Assembly (NCBI GenBank): GCA_964456945.1
Contig: CAYWDA010000015.1
Location: forward strand, 13,532-37,531
Direction of reading: 5' to 3'
Origin: an uncultured Syntrophomonadaceae bacterium
GTDB lineage: Bacteria; Bacillota; Dethiobacteria; DTU022
Length of the DNA stretch: 24,000 bases
Part shown: in pieces, positions 22,934 through 24,000 of the stretch
Layout: every line of letters begins with the position of its first letter
Position numbering within the stretch: the first letter of the stretch is position 1
Notes under the pieces: generated by a model
Told to the model about the DNA's origin: nothing
Database searches by the model: none
What the model saw: only the letters and a program-made list of their open reading frames with translations
Program-made: the position numbers and the translations under genes

Positions 22934-24000
22934 TTATTCTCCGTAGCTGCCGTACTCTGCCGAGTAGCGGGCATCGAGTTCCCGAACCATATCCAGGATG
23001 TCCTGGCCGGGTAATCCTAAGGCATCTGCTTTTTTAACCCACTCGTCCATGATCGGGTTAATCAGGTCTGCCCAACGCTGAAATTCGGCGGGCTCCAGTT
23101 CAATTACTTCATGGCCGAACTCACTGACCGCGTACTCCAGACCGATAACTGAATGATCTGTTCGCAGTTTGCCGTATTCGATAACGTATTTTTCATTAAC
23201 CTCGTCAAAAATCTTCTGCACAGATGCCGGAAGGGCATTCCAGGTATCCCAGTTCATCACCTTCATGAAGATGATATTATAGGTGGGCGGAGACTGGGTA
23301 ACATACTTGGTTACTTCGGCTAATTTGAAGCCTTTCAGGACATCTGTAGGCGCAAGGAGGCCGTCTACCACCCCGGTTTCAAGGTTTTCATAGGAGGCTC
23401 CCATACCGAAAGATACAGGGTTCGCGCCGAGAGCGGCTACCCAGGGAATGGTTCCGCCGACCGCCCTGATATCAAGGCCGGATAGGTCTTCCATTGAGCG
23501 GACAGGGGTTTTGGTGATGAAGGCTCCGGGGCCGGTGGCCCAGAAGTGCATAATTTTAACGTCGGCAAACTCTTCCTGTAGTATTGCCGATTGCTTCCAG
23601 GCCTCATGCATGGTCACAGAAGAGACCAGGGCATTATTGTTGTTGTAACCGGGCAGTTCAAAAGCTTCAGTGATCGGAAACAGTCCCGGGGTGTAAGCCG
23701 GGCAGGTTGTTGCGATATCGGCAACTCCCTGGGCTGTGCCCTCATAAAGCTCTGGCATTGAGAGCAGCGCCTGGGCGTAGTGCCATTCAAAATCAACCGT
23801 ATGTGGGGTTTCCGCCGCAACACGGGCAGAGATTTCATCTGCCCAGGCTTGGTGGCCTTCTGCAACCTGAAAGTCTCCTGCCGGCCAGAAAGTTGCAAAC
23901 TGCAGGGTGAACTGCTGGCTTTCCTCTTCGACAGCGGTGCCCTCTTCAACAGCTGTGTCGCTATCAGGTTCCTCTGCTGACTGCTGGCAGCCGCTGATCA
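22934..24000 (-). CDS. dctP: TRAP transporter solute-binding protein (DctP family), lipoprotein; the 5' end lies beyond the window
   Basis: The frame of ORF 22934..23758 stays open upstream to nt 24000. My translation reads ...ISGCQQSAEEPDSDTAVEEGTAVEEESQQFTLQFATFWPAGDFQVAEGHQAWADEISARV...SMPELYEGTAQGVADI. That gives a lipobox Cys at 23987-23989, an acidic linker, then a DctP-type fold. The track's Met 23758 is internal. Confidence 0.85.
   Translation of the reverse strand, partial: ISGCQQSAEEPDSDTAVEEGTAVEEESQQFTLQFATFWPAGDFQVAEGHQAWADEISARVAAETPHTVDFEWHYAQALLSMPELYEGTAQGVADIATTCPAYTPGLFPITEAFELPGYNNNNALVSSVTMHEAWKQSAILQEEFADVKIMHFWATGPGAFITKTPVRSMEDLSGLDIRAVGGTIPWVAALGANPVSFGMGASYENLETGVVDGLLAPTDVLKGFKLAEVTKYVTQSPPTYNIIFMKVMNWDTWNALPASVQKIFDEVNEKYVIEYGKLRTDHSVIGLEYAVSEFGHEVIELEPAEFQRWADLINPIMDEWVKKADALGLPGQDILDMVRELDARYSAEYGSYGE

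Noticed and set aside
23614-23980. ORFs 23614..23949 (minus strand), 23707..23910 and 23780..23980 (plus strand)
   Set aside because: They overlap the N-terminal extension of the dctP frame, which reads as lipobox, linker and conserved DctP sequence. These alternatives have no motifs.

Overview
This looks like an ordinary chromosomal window from a spore-forming Firmicute. That assignment is an inference from a SpoVK/CbbX-type AAA+ gene, an Hbs-like HU gene, strong GGAGG Shine-Dalgarno sites and many TTG/GTG starts. I support about 24 protein genes. They are: tandem long-chain acyl-CoA synthetase paralogs, FAD-dependent glycerol-3-phosphate dehydrogenase, PIN-PhoH2, class II photolyase, a membrane-anchored transglutaminase-like protein, a LOG-family protein, an orphan 197-aa protein, GNAT, LysR, HU, a cupin, a three-gene small-membrane-protein cluster, a 2-module SpoVK-like AAA+ protein, a cysK plus serine-racemase-like dehydratase operon, a WYL regulator, an AlbA_2/HATPase_c_4 protein, and a TRAP transporter (dctPQM, with dctP running off the window). 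No rRNA, tRNA, CRISPR array, transposase or integrase was seen. The strongest non-coding signal is a pair of tandem c-di-GMP-I (GEMM-I) riboswitch aptamers at about 7021-7312. They sit behind a near-consensus sigma-A promoter and end in a terminator hairpin that doubles as an SD sequestrator, directly before the transglutaminase-like gene. The second point of interest is a low-GC single-gene islet at 19592-20887 encoding a Schlafen/AlbA_2-type protein. Its promoter carries an ATTCTAAC repeat array, and it is convergent with a WYL-domain regulator, so a defence-like or foreign module is possible but unproven. All calls come from motif recognition by eye; no database search or folding program was run.
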